Of a DNA stretch of 64,000 bases, positions 47,573 to 56,974 are shown in pieces. The DNA is from Minisyncoccia bacterium (GTDB lineage Bacteria; Patescibacteriota; Minisyncoccia; Phycocordibacterales; UBA9973). The position numbers and the translations under genes are program-made. Below the pieces are notes generated by a model. The model saw only the letters and a program-made list of their open reading frames with translations, was not told the origin of the DNA and did no database searches. Each line of letters opens with the position of its first letter. Positions within the stretch are counted from its first letter, which is position 1. The DNA lies in contig CBFIGQ010000045.1 in the NCBI GenBank assembly GCA_965662335.1, forward strand, positions 1,156-65,155, written 5' to 3'.

Positions 47573-48448
47573 ATGTTTTATTGTAAAAATTGCAAAAAAG
47601 TATTAAGTCTTCGACAACAAATATCTCTTTCAAAAGAATGGAGGTTTGATACTATAGAAAATTTTTTTAAAGAAACCCAAGAGGTATATCCTGATCCGAT
47701 CAGGTGTTCTCATTGCAGTGAGATATTTGATAAATATGCTCTTACAGAAATTGGTATGTACCATCATTTCCCGCACAGAAAGCAGGGAACCGGTACCAAT
47801 TTTCATAGTATTTATAAGAAACGTGCAAATATATACCATCAATTTAGTCTCGCCGAAGACCAAGAGGGGTTGATTTTGCAGAAAATCATTGATCTTTCTG
47901 TTGGAGCAAATACTCTCCTCGATATTGGTTGTGGTACTGGTAAATATGTTAATCAGTTGAGCGAGGTTTTTAAAAAAATATATGCACTTGATAATTCTTC
48001 TGAACTCCTTACTTTCGCAAGGAAAAATAACAAAAAAATCTCCAATATAGAATATCTTCTTGCTGATGCCGCACATATACCGCTTCTTGATAAAAGCGTC
48101 GATGTAATAATATCGACGTGGGGTTCGTTTTCGCCCAACGAAACCGTTCATGAGATGAAACGTGTACTATCTGACAGTGGAATTATTATCCGTATCGGTA
48201 TAACTGCACTTGATGATCTTACTGAGTTTTTTGGTGAATTTGATAAGAAATATGTATCTGAAAATAACGACTATTTTGCATTGCTTGGATTTGCTACTGA
48301 ATATATGAAAATCAATGTTACCTTTGATACACTTGCAGAGGCAAAGCACGTGATTGCTGCCATAACTGGAAAGCCGATGAATACCATCACCCAAAAAACA
48401 CTCATCCACAAGGTTATAGTACAGACATACAAAAAGCCGACCAATTAA
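47573..48448 (+). CDS. Class I SAM-dependent methyltransferase with N-terminal Zn-finger
   Basis: CKNC...CSHC, then LLDIGCGTG, ALDNS, DAAHIP. Confidence 0.85.
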   Translation: MFYCKNCKKVLSLRQQISLSKEWRFDTIENFFKETQEVYPDPIRCSHCSEIFDKYALTEIGMYHHFPHRKQGTGTNFHSIYKKRANIYHQFSLAEDQEGLILQKIIDLSVGANTLLDIGCGTGKYVNQLSEVFKKIYALDNSSELLTFARKNNKKISNIEYLLADAAHIPLLDKSVDVIISTWGSFSPNETVHEMKRVLSDSGIIIRIGITALDDLTEFFGEFDKKYVSENNDYFALLGFATEYMKINVTFDTLAEAKHVIAAITGKPMNTITQKTLIHKVIVQTYKKPTN

Positions 48449-48461
48449 TCAATAGGTCGGC

Positions 48462-49295
48462 TTATACTCGCAACTCCTTTCTACTTGTTAAGAACCCTTT
48501 TGTCATTTTACCGATGTCTTCTTTGGTTATCTCTGAAATACTTTTCTTGGTATCAAGCCAAACACAGGGTAATCCTTTGAGGTGTATTTGCAGTGATGGC
48601 TCGATGGTTTTTGCCAATAACCCACACAGAAATGCCTGGCTGGAAACTCGATGTACAAAGTGGAGTGTAATATCCTTTTTTCCCCAAAGGTTGCTCAAAT
48701 AAACAAGCCCGTATGCCCATACTACCTGATGTTTGAGGCCAAAAACTTTTGTACCCAATTTGATTTTTATCGGTCCGCTCTCCTTGCTAATTTTATACCG
48801 TACTCCATTGTTTCGTTCTCTAAAACTAGTGAGATCATTCTTGACCCATTGTTGGTTTTCAGAAATAAAGGGAAGAGTATTATCCAAGGATAAGCTAAGA
48901 ACTTCAATTTCTTCTTCAAAAAGCGGCGTTTCGCAATATGTGCAAACGTGCTCCTGAACCCTTCGCTGGTTATACATGCGTATTCCTGATATTTCTTCAA
49001 ACATTTTGCAAGTACAGGTTGTGACTACTTGTGGGTGCACAGTAGTTTTAAGCGCAGGTACTCTATGTTGCAAATATAACAGAAACGATGGATCAGCGTC
49101 CTTGAAAAAACCGTCAAAAGGGGCAATTTTTTGTAAAACAAGAGTTTTATAGGCTTCTGATTCCGATGGATCGGCATTCATGGTAGTAAGTGACAAAATA
49201 CGAATTCCAGACGATTGTTGAATTGACAAAGGAGTAAATAAAGATTCTGCCGGGGCTTTGAGTTTTGGTTGGAGCGGAAGGCTTACATGTATCAT
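48462..49295 (-). CDS. Cys-rich hypothetical protein (Zn-knuckle)
   Basis: CTC...CTYCETPL; convergent with the methyltransferase. Confidence 0.65.
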   Translation of the reverse strand: MIHVSLPLQPKLKAPAESLFTPLSIQQSSGIRILSLTTMNADPSESEAYKTLVLQKIAPFDGFFKDADPSFLLYLQHRVPALKTTVHPQVVTTCTCKMFEEISGIRMYNQRRVQEHVCTYCETPLFEEEIEVLSLSLDNTLPFISENQQWVKNDLTSFRERNNGVRYKISKESGPIKIKLGTKVFGLKHQVVWAYGLVYLSNLWGKKDITLHFVHRVSSQAFLCGLLAKTIEPSLQIHLKGLPCVWLDTKKSISEITKEDIGKMTKGFLTSRKELRV

Positions 49296-49487
49296 TATTT
49301 AATTTTTTATTAAACAATATATTTAAATAATAAAATGTCAATAGCTGCCAGTCGAGATCTTTATACAAGAACAAATCACGAAGCGAGGCGAGGATAAATA
49401 TGTCGTATTTCGGGTTTCGTGGTATAGCTGAATGCATAATGCAACACGAACTCTTGATTGCAATACTCGCAGGGCTCGGTGAAAAGA

Positions 49488-49608
49488 CTTGAGCACGGCA
49501 TGCCGCCGACCTGCGGATTTGGATTTGGCGAGCGACTCTTTGCATTCCTTGTCGACAAGCCGCTTCGCGAAACACAGTTGTTTCCACTGCTAAAACCTAA
49601 GGAGTAGT
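49488..49608 (+). pseudogene. Duplicated lysS 3' end (LEHGMPPTCGFGFGERLFAFLVDKPLRETQLFPLLKPKE*)
   Basis: Near-identical protein; differences are mostly third-position; no 5' part. Confidence 0.9.
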
Positions 49609-49656
49609 ATTGACTAAAAAAATATTTCATGGTATTGTTTCAAAAAAATAAGAACC

Positions 49657-50265
49657 ATGAAATGTGTAATCTTGTGTACTCTTTTTGCGCTTTTTGGAGC
49701 GACTGTAACAGGTCAGAGATTGTATTCTATTACTGAACACCAGATGCTGTACAAAGGTGAATACTATCTCACCAACTACACGTCCTATAAGCTCACAGAC
49801 CGCTTTGGAATATCCATAGATGTGGGTAAATACCCTGGCTACCTTGACGCGGGGGCGGGTGTAGTATTTGCAAGTAATTCTGATGTGCATCCCAAATTTT
49901 ATTGGGAAGCAGGTATGGGGCTGGGCACTACTTTTTCATCCACTAAAGGAGAAAAAAATACGTACTACTCACAGCTTTATATCTGGATGGAAAATCTTCC
50001 CGATCAACAGCTTGCTGAGGGTAAGGTATGTATTCAGCTCAACCCTGCATATGCCTTCGGGTCAGATGATCCTTGGTGGATGCAGCACTATATCGTGTAT
50101 AGCATTACTAAAAACATTGCGATCGGAGCGCACTATCAGGCCCATAGCGCCTCAGGCGTGCGTGCTGAGTTCAATCTCAGACTCGCAGAAGGGGTAGTGC
50201 TTCGCACGTATGGGGTTATGGGTACATCCGGACTTATTGGAGTATCTTTTATAGTATTAAGGTAA
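49657..50265 (+). CDS. Secreted beta-strand-rich hypothetical protein
   Basis: Signal peptide ending ATVTG-Q; alternating aromatic/Gly strands. Confidence 0.65.
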   Translation: MKCVILCTLFALFGATVTGQRLYSITEHQMLYKGEYYLTNYTSYKLTDRFGISIDVGKYPGYLDAGAGVVFASNSDVHPKFYWEAGMGLGTTFSSTKGEKNTYYSQLYIWMENLPDQQLAEGKVCIQLNPAYAFGSDDPWWMQHYIVYSITKNIAIGAHYQAHSASGVRAEFNLRLAEGVVLRTYGVMGTSGLIGVSFIVLR

Positions 50266-50333
50266 GTATTTAGTCATTTCGACCGGCATTCGTGCCGGTT
50301 GTTTTTTTTATGTATATGTGGTCAAATAACGGA

Positions 50334-50729
50334 ATGGAAACAACTACGTTCGGTGAGCACCTTATGCTTGATTGTTATGGTGCAAACAAGGAACTTCTAA
50401 ACTCCCGTGAGCTCGTAGAAAAAGTGCTGCGCGAACTTCCGTCAGAACTCGGCATGCATCTTTTATCAAAGCCTGAGGTGTACTTTGCAGAGGATAATGG
50501 CAAAAAGGACCCGGGTGGGTGGAGTGGCTTTGTGGTCATCATGGAAAGTCATTTGAGTATTCATACGTTTGTAGGTCGAGAATTCCTAAGCGCAGATATC
50601 TATACCTGTAAAAATGGCATGGATATTGAATATATTATCGAATATTTCAGAAACGCATTTCAAGCAAAAGACATAGAAGTAAATTTTGTGAAGCGTGGAA
50701 CGAGATATCCTTTAGCAGATATTGAGTAA
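50334..50729 (+). CDS. speD: Pyruvoyl-dependent S-adenosylmethionine decarboxylase family proenzyme
   Basis: FGEHLMLD, GWSGFVVIMESHLSIHTF self-cleavage motif, DIYTC. Confidence 0.88.
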   Translation: METTTFGEHLMLDCYGANKELLNSRELVEKVLRELPSELGMHLLSKPEVYFAEDNGKKDPGGWSGFVVIMESHLSIHTFVGREFLSADIYTCKNGMDIEYIIEYFRNAFQAKDIEVNFVKRGTRYPLADIE

Positions 50730-50734
50730 GTAGT

Positions 50735-51667
50735 ATGTGGATTTTTTTAACATTTATTTCCGTATTTCTGTGGTCACTTGTAAATATTTCCGACCATTAC
50801 CTAACTGAAAAAAATAAGGCAATAGGCCACCCTGTGGGAGCACTGGTTATATTTTCAAGCGTCTTTGCAATCATTGTTTCCGCGCTTGTGTACGTCTTTC
50901 TAGGAAACAGCGTTGCTATCTCCTGGCATAGTCTTTGGATAGTACTTATCGCCGGTGTATGCAACCTGTTGTGGATCGTATTTTATCTTAATGCACTTGC
51001 AGATGAGGAGGTGTCATATGTTATCCCATGGTTTCTAACTGTGCCACTCTTTGGGTACTTGTTCGGGTATCTTTTTTTAGGAGAGACACTTACTACAATG
51101 CAGATTATTGGCGGACTTATTGTCATCATTGGAGGGCTCATATTCTCTGTAAAAAAGGACAAGGACGAAAACGGGGAAACGCTCGGTACCTACTCAGTCA
51201 AATGGAAGCTGATTGGGCTAATGGTCGTTTCTTCGCTATTGATTGCGCTTTGGATCACATTGTTTAAGTTTGTTGCAGAGGCAACAAGCTTTTGGCAGGC
51301 AACGTTTTGGGAGCATATCGGTCTGTTCATTGCAGGACTGATGGTACTCATTTTTATAAAAAGTTACCGAGATGGATTTATGGGCATGTTGCGAAAGGGA
51401 GGAAGACAGACGCTTGCTATTAACGCCTTCTCAGAAACTGCAACTATTGTTGGAAACCTGATTGCAAACTATGCTGTGCTCGCTGTTCCTGTAGCTCTCA
51501 TACTTGTACTTGAGGTAGCGCAACCTGTTATTGTGTTTCTTCTTGGTATTGTGACAACCTTATATTTCCCGCATATTCTAAAAGAAGATATTTCAAGGCC
51601 GACAATACTCTATAAATCGTTGTGCCTTGTCATAATGGTCATCGGAGCAATCCTGATGGCATACTAA
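50735..51667 (+). CDS. EamA/DMT transporter
   Basis: About 10 TM segments in two repeats, FLGE motif. Confidence 0.88.
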   Translation: MWIFLTFISVFLWSLVNISDHYLTEKNKAIGHPVGALVIFSSVFAIIVSALVYVFLGNSVAISWHSLWIVLIAGVCNLLWIVFYLNALADEEVSYVIPWFLTVPLFGYLFGYLFLGETLTTMQIIGGLIVIIGGLIFSVKKDKDENGETLGTYSVKWKLIGLMVVSSLLIALWITLFKFVAEATSFWQATFWEHIGLFIAGLMVLIFIKSYRDGFMGMLRKGGRQTLAINAFSETATIVGNLIANYAVLAVPVALILVLEVAQPVIVFLLGIVTTLYFPHILKEDISRPTILYKSLCLVIMVIGAILMAY

Positions 51668-51702
51668 GAACTCTTTTTTGTGCTATATTCTTTAGACCGT
51701 TT

Positions 51703-52632
51703 ATGATTCCAACATTTCCAGAATTTAAGCCTCTTGAACTCAGTGATCGCGATGAGGTACGCCAGCTTACCGGGCAATATCCCCCTTATTCTGATTTCAA
51801 CTTTATTTCAATGTGGTCGTGGGATATTAAGGGAGAAATGCGATTGTCGATGCTCTATGGCAATCTCGTTGTACGATTTAACGACTATCTGACGGGCCAA
51901 CCATTCTATTCATTCATCGGTACCACAAACGTAAATGAAACTGCTACTACACTTCTTGAGTACTGCAAGGCACATGATATACAGGCAAAACTATGTCTCG
52001 TACCAGAGGTCAGTGCGAGTCTACTTGATACCAATACGTTCTCGATAGAAGAGGAGCGCGATCATTTTGATTATATATACGAAGTCGAAAAGGTTAAAAC
52101 CTACGAGGGTGGTACGCATAAAAGCCATCGCAAGTCAGTTCGTTATTTTGAGCAAAACCACACCTACGAACAAAAAATACTCGATATCACACAAGAAGAA
52201 AATCAGGAGCGACTCATTGCTCTAGTACAGCTTTGGATAAAAAATAAATCTGAAAAAAACCTTGCGGCAAATGAACTCGATGATTTTTTTAACGAATACC
52301 TTGCTCTAAAACGTATCTTTTCTGCCCCGAAGGAGCTTTTAGATTCTGTCATTTGTTTCAGTGTCTTTGTTGATGGAGAGCTCAGCGGCTTTATGATAGA
52401 TGAGCGTGTTGCAGACAAGTACTGTATCTCACACTTTGGTAAAACAAATATTGCACACAAAGGCGCCATGCAATTTTTGATGAAAACAAGCACAAACAAT
52501 TTCTTTGATCTTGGAGTGCATTATTATAATGATGAGCAAGACCTCGGATTGCCAAGTCTTCGGAGAACCAAAAGCTCGTACCATTTGGCACACTTTTTGA
52601 GAAAGTACAGTGTTTCTTTTAAAAATGGATAG
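51703..52632 (+). CDS. DUF2156 / MprF-transferase-like double-GNAT protein
   Basis: SDFNF..MWSW, RDHFDYIY, HFGK, NDEQDLGLPSLRRTKSSY. Confidence 0.85.
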   Translation: MIPTFPEFKPLELSDRDEVRQLTGQYPPYSDFNFISMWSWDIKGEMRLSMLYGNLVVRFNDYLTGQPFYSFIGTTNVNETATTLLEYCKAHDIQAKLCLVPEVSASLLDTNTFSIEEERDHFDYIYEVEKVKTYEGGTHKSHRKSVRYFEQNHTYEQKILDITQEENQERLIALVQLWIKNKSEKNLAANELDDFFNEYLALKRIFSAPKELLDSVICFSVFVDGELSGFMIDERVADKYCISHFGKTNIAHKGAMQFLMKTSTNNFFDLGVHYYNDEQDLGLPSLRRTKSSYHLAHFLRKYSVSFKNG

Positions 52633-52648
52633 TATATACTTTTAGTAT

Positions 52649-53470
52649 ATGGAAGAAGCAAAGGCAACGCTGGCTCATAAATTTATCATTATTCCAACAA
52701 TTTTATTTATCTTCTTTACTGGATGGTTTTTATATCTGCATGTAGTACATGCAGATCCTGAGAGTACTAGTGCGCAGGTATGGGCAGCTTCGTATCAAAT
52801 TGTCGCGCTTGTAGGTGCGTTTTATGGATTGTATTACTCAAGAATTTGGGGTGGATGGAAAAGCGTACTTGGCCGTGCAAATATAATGTTTGCTATTGGA
52901 CTATTTCTACAGGCATTTGGACAATCAGTATTTAGTTACTTCTTTTATATAGGAGTTGAGGCTCCGTACCCATCTTTGGCCGATGCTGGCTTCTTTGGAA
53001 GTATATTCTTTTATATCTATGCAATAGTGCTTCTATCACGTGCTATGGGTGTACATGATTCATTAAAATCATTTTCAAAAAAGGTAGTGTATCTACTGCT
53101 TCCGATTGCCTTACTCATTATGACCTATGTTCTATTTCTTAAGGACTACAGCGTGGATCCATCTTCGCCACTGACCACATTCCTTGATTTTGGATATCCG
53201 ATTGGTCAGGTTATCTACGTAGCACTTGCGGTATCTGCGTATATTAGCTCACGAAACTTTCTTGGTGGTGTCATGAGGAAGCCAATTGTACTTTTTATTG
53301 CGGCGCTCGTAGTTCAATATGTTGCTGATTTTGTCTTTTTGCTACAGACCAGTAACGGTACCTATACGGGCAGTCAAAATGTTGATTACATTTACTTCCT
53401 TGCATACTTCCTAATGACTATTAGCTTGATTCGTCTCGGATCTGTATTTTATAAAATTCGAAACGCATAA
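52649..53470 (+). CDS. Multi-TM putative sensor membrane protein
   Basis: About 8 TM segments with PYPSLADAGF and YPIG motifs typical of membrane sensory modules. Confidence 0.7.
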   Translation: MEEAKATLAHKFIIIPTILFIFFTGWFLYLHVVHADPESTSAQVWAASYQIVALVGAFYGLYYSRIWGGWKSVLGRANIMFAIGLFLQAFGQSVFSYFFYIGVEAPYPSLADAGFFGSIFFYIYAIVLLSRAMGVHDSLKSFSKKVVYLLLPIALLIMTYVLFLKDYSVDPSSPLTTFLDFGYPIGQVIYVALAVSAYISSRNFLGGVMRKPIVLFIAALVVQYVADFVFLLQTSNGTYTGSQNVDYIYFLAYFLMTISLIRLGSVFYKIRNA

Positions 53471-53485
53471 CCGCAGAGTTAGTAT

Positions 53486-53767
53486 ATGGATATCTTTACT
53501 CAAATTATCACACGAATAATCAAAGAGCAGGAACTCATCATCGGTCCGCTTGCATGGATTGAGGCAAACAAAGTCGAGGGGCTTGAGGTGCATGAGCAAG
53601 GTGTTATTACCATCTCGCCACAAACACGACCGCAAAAAGTTGTGGATGATCTTGTCGCGCAGTACGAAAGACTTTTTGGAAAGGCGTCTCACCAGGTATG
53701 CAAAAATGCAGTAATTGCACTCATTAGTCAGCTTACCCCCGAAGAGCTTCCTGCAAGTCTTGCCTAA
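53486..53767 (+). CDS. Small helical protein associated with the histidine kinase
   Basis: IIKEQELIIGPLA...LVAQYERLFG; lies between sensor and kinase. Confidence 0.75.
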   Translation: MDIFTQIITRIIKEQELIIGPLAWIEANKVEGLEVHEQGVITISPQTRPQKVVDDLVAQYERLFGKASHQVCKNAVIALISQLTPEELPASLA

Positions 53768-53772
53768 GCCTT

Positions 53773-54627
53773 ATGTCTAGCGATCCCTCCTCAGATGAAT
53801 TTCAGAAAGCAACCGAAGAGCTCTACAAGCAAAACTTGGAGGTTGTTAAGCTTAATAAGCGACTAGGAGATCTAACTCATCAGCTTGAGAAATCAAACAT
53901 CGACCTTGCCGATGCCAATGAAAAATTGAAAAGTGTGGACAAACTCAAAACCGAGTTTCTTTCACTTGCATCTCACCAGCTTCGTAGTCCTCTCACTGCG
54001 ATCAAGGGGTACTCGTCAATGCTTATCGAGGGATCTTTTGGAGAAATGCCCGAAAAAATAGCTGAGCCAGTAAAGCGTATTTATACTTCTGCGCAAGGCT
54101 TGGTCAGTATTGTCGAGGACCTGCTCAATGTCTCAAAAATAGAGCAGGGAGGAATGAAATATGAAATGTCTGAGGTTGACCTCGCGCCACTCGTAAAAAC
54201 GTTATTTGCAGAAATGCAGATTCCAGCGCAAAACAAAAAAATTAATTTTACTATGCACGTTGCAGAAAATGAAAAATTTATGACTCTCGCCGATGCTGTG
54301 AAAATCAAACAGGTACTCCTCAATCTCACTGATAACAGTATCAAATACACCCCGGAAGGCGGAACGGTAGATATATCACTAACTCGTGTTGACGGTACTA
54401 TAGAGTTTGCGGTCAAAGACAATGGTGTAGGTATTTCACCAGAAACAAAGGCAAAACTATTTGAAAAGTTCTCACGAGGTGAGGGCGGCAAGATGAATAC
54501 TGGAGGATCAGGGCTTGGGCTCTATCTTGCAAAGCAGATAGCACTCGCGCATAAAGGCGACATCGTCATTGAAAGTGAAGGATTGGGCAAGGGATCAGTC
54601 TTTAAGGTAGTATTGCCGTCACTGTAG
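53773..54627 (+). CDS. Cytoplasmic histidine kinase (coiled coil + HisKA + HATPase)
   Basis: ASHQLRSPLT H-box, NLTDNSIKYT, DNGVGI, GSGLGL; no TM. Confidence 0.95.
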   Translation: MSSDPSSDEFQKATEELYKQNLEVVKLNKRLGDLTHQLEKSNIDLADANEKLKSVDKLKTEFLSLASHQLRSPLTAIKGYSSMLIEGSFGEMPEKIAEPVKRIYTSAQGLVSIVEDLLNVSKIEQGGMKYEMSEVDLAPLVKTLFAEMQIPAQNKKINFTMHVAENEKFMTLADAVKIKQVLLNLTDNSIKYTPEGGTVDISLTRVDGTIEFAVKDNGVGISPETKAKLFEKFSRGEGGKMNTGGSGLGLYLAKQIALAHKGDIVIESEGLGKGSVFKVVLPSL

Positions 54628-55995
54628 CTCGGTACCGTTTGGAGTATCGAGTACCTCGTAGCCAAGCGCTTCGAGATTTTTGCGGAGCTCATCTGATGCG
54701 GCATAGTCCTTTATCGCTCGGGCTGCATCGCGCTTTTTTACAAGCGCTTGTGCCTCATGGGTAATAATGAATTTTGGTAAAACAGCAAGATCAAGACCGA
54801 ACACTTCATCAAATTTTAGGAGTGTCGCCCATTTGTCTGCATCATCCAGTGTAGCGTCGCCCATGAGCTCCCAGAGCACTGCGAGTGCACGAGCAGTGTT
54901 GAGATCGTCTGATAGCGCATCTGTAAACTGATCTATATAGAGAGAGGATACTGTGCCTATAGTTTCTTGGTGTGAAGCAAATTTTTGAAGCTTTTTGAGC
55001 TGGAGGTCTGCGGCATGGAGCGCCTCCCAGGTGAAGTTGAGCGGCTTACGATAACTAGTCTGCATTGCAACCAAACGCATAGCAACTGGGTCTATGTTGC
55101 GAGCCAAAATATCATCAAGCGTAACAAAGTTTTCCTTACTCTTACTCATCTTTTCACCATTAATAAGTAGCATTTCGTGATGGACCCAATATCTTACAAA
55201 TTCATGACCTGTTGCACACTCACTCTGGGCTATCTCATTTTCATGGTGAACAGGAATATGTTCAATACCTCCGGTGTGAATATCGATGGTCTCTCCAAGA
55301 TATTGCATCGACATTGCAGAACACTCAATATGCCATCCGGGAAACCCGTCACCCCACGGACTTGGCCAATACATAGTATGAGTTTCAAATTTTCCAATTC
55401 GTTTAAACCAAAGTGAAAAATCTGCAGGATTGCGTTTATCAGTATCAATCACAATCTCACCTCGAACAGCAACCTCTTTATCTTCTTGTTTTTGGCGAGA
55501 TAATTTCCCGTACTCAGAATCTTTGGACACATCAAAATAAATAGCATGGGTAGTTTCGTACGCATACCCCTTTTGTAGAAGTTTCTCAACCAATTCAATC
55601 ATTGCTGGAATGTGTTCCGTTGCTTTTGTTTCGTGCGTGGGCGGCAGTACATTGATTGCACTCATTGTATTGTGAAAATAGTCAGTATAAAACTTTGCTA
55701 TTTCCCATGCTGTTTTCCCCTCGCGTACTGCATTTTTTTCAAGTTTATCTTCGCCATTGTCACCATCGTCAGTGAGGTGTCCTACGTCCGTAATGTTCAT
55801 AACATGATTTACGCTATATCCGAAAAGTGTAAGCGTTCTACGCAAAATATCGTCACCAATATATTTTTTCATATGACCAAGATGGGTGTAATTGTTGACT
55901 GTAATACCACACGCATACATAGTCACCGTTGGCGGGTGTAGTGGCGTGAATTCCTCTATTGAGCGGGTGAGTGTATTGTAGAGCCGGAGTCCCAT
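54619..55995 (-). CDS. cysS: Cysteinyl-tRNA synthetase
   Basis: MYACGITV..HLGH, PGWHIECSAM, HHENEIAQ, KMSKS. Confidence 0.98.
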   Translation of the reverse strand: MGLRLYNTLTRSIEEFTPLHPPTVTMYACGITVNNYTHLGHMKKYIGDDILRRTLTLFGYSVNHVMNITDVGHLTDDGDNGEDKLEKNAVREGKTAWEIAKFYTDYFHNTMSAINVLPPTHETKATEHIPAMIELVEKLLQKGYAYETTHAIYFDVSKDSEYGKLSRQKQEDKEVAVRGEIVIDTDKRNPADFSLWFKRIGKFETHTMYWPSPWGDGFPGWHIECSAMSMQYLGETIDIHTGGIEHIPVHHENEIAQSECATGHEFVRYWVHHEMLLINGEKMSKSKENFVTLDDILARNIDPVAMRLVAMQTSYRKPLNFTWEALHAADLQLKKLQKFASHQETIGTVSSLYIDQFTDALSDDLNTARALAVLWELMGDATLDDADKWATLLKFDEVFGLDLAVLPKFIITHEAQALVKKRDAARAIKDYAASDELRKNLEALGYEVLDTPNGTELQ

Positions 55996-55997
55996 AC

Positions 55998-56918
55998 CTA
56001 TATCCATCGTCTAATCTTGAAAAATAAGAATAGCACAAGCCCTGTGATAGTCATTGCCCCTATTACAAAGAAAAAGTCAGACATACTTTTTATAAAGAGG
56101 ATGCCAGGCGCCATGTTCATACCAAAGACTCCCGTGATGAGCGTGAGCGGAAGCATGACAAATGTCATGATAGTGAAGTTTTTCATGATTTCGTTACTCG
56201 TGGTAGAGAGGAGAGTGTCATTGGTGCGCTGGAGTTCTGCGAGGACATCGCGCAAACTCTCAAGCATTGAGCCAACCTTTCTGTACTCGTTGCCGACCAT
56301 TTCGCCGTAGTAAGTGTATTCATCTCCAAATAGGCGCTTGCTCGCTGAGAGGTATGATGAAAGCACTTCTCCATGAAATCGCACTGACTGTTTGAAGTCG
56401 AGGAGCTGGTGAGATATCTTGGAGAGCTCTCGCACAACTGACGAAGGATGCTTGGTGGCAAAGATGGTGCTTTCTATTTTCTTGAGGTCTTTGGTGAGGC
56501 CTTCGAGTTGGTGAAAACAATTGTGGTAAAGCAGCTTTGTAAGCTGCATAAAGAGAAACGTGCCATGACTAGTCATTGCGGTTTGGTTGGCGAGTGCATT
56601 GTTTTCAAACAGTTTCGCAAATGAGTGGAGTGCCTCTATCTTTTCATACCGTACGGTCACCAGGAACTTTTCTCCAACAATAAAGTCTACCTCATGCTCT
56701 GTGGCGACCGGCACATTTGTCCCGATGATGGGGAAGTGGAGGACGAGGTACAAAAAGTCGTTGTATAAATCAACTTTTGAGCGGACCGTATGATCGATCA
56801 GTTCATGACTGACAAGGCTTGGAATGCCAAATTCCTCTGAGATATGGAGGGTTTCGTCTGCGGTAGGGTTCTCTAGGTCTATCCAGGTGAGGCCATTGGC
56901 TGCAAAGCGAGTTATCAT
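55998..56918 (-). CDS. corA: CorA-family Mg2+ transporter
   Basis: WIDLENP, LPLTLITGVFGMN, two C-terminal TM segments. Confidence 0.93.
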   Translation of the reverse strand: MITRFAANGLTWIDLENPTADETLHISEEFGIPSLVSHELIDHTVRSKVDLYNDFLYLVLHFPIIGTNVPVATEHEVDFIVGEKFLVTVRYEKIEALHSFAKLFENNALANQTAMTSHGTFLFMQLTKLLYHNCFHQLEGLTKDLKKIESTIFATKHPSSVVRELSKISHQLLDFKQSVRFHGEVLSSYLSASKRLFGDEYTYYGEMVGNEYRKVGSMLESLRDVLAELQRTNDTLLSTTSNEIMKNFTIMTFVMLPLTLITGVFGMNMAPGILFIKSMSDFFFVIGAMTITGLVLFLFFKIRRWI

Positions 56919-56974
56919 GGCCTTAGTGTACCATGCTTGCAAATACGCCGTAAATAAGTATAATGAGCTCTACT

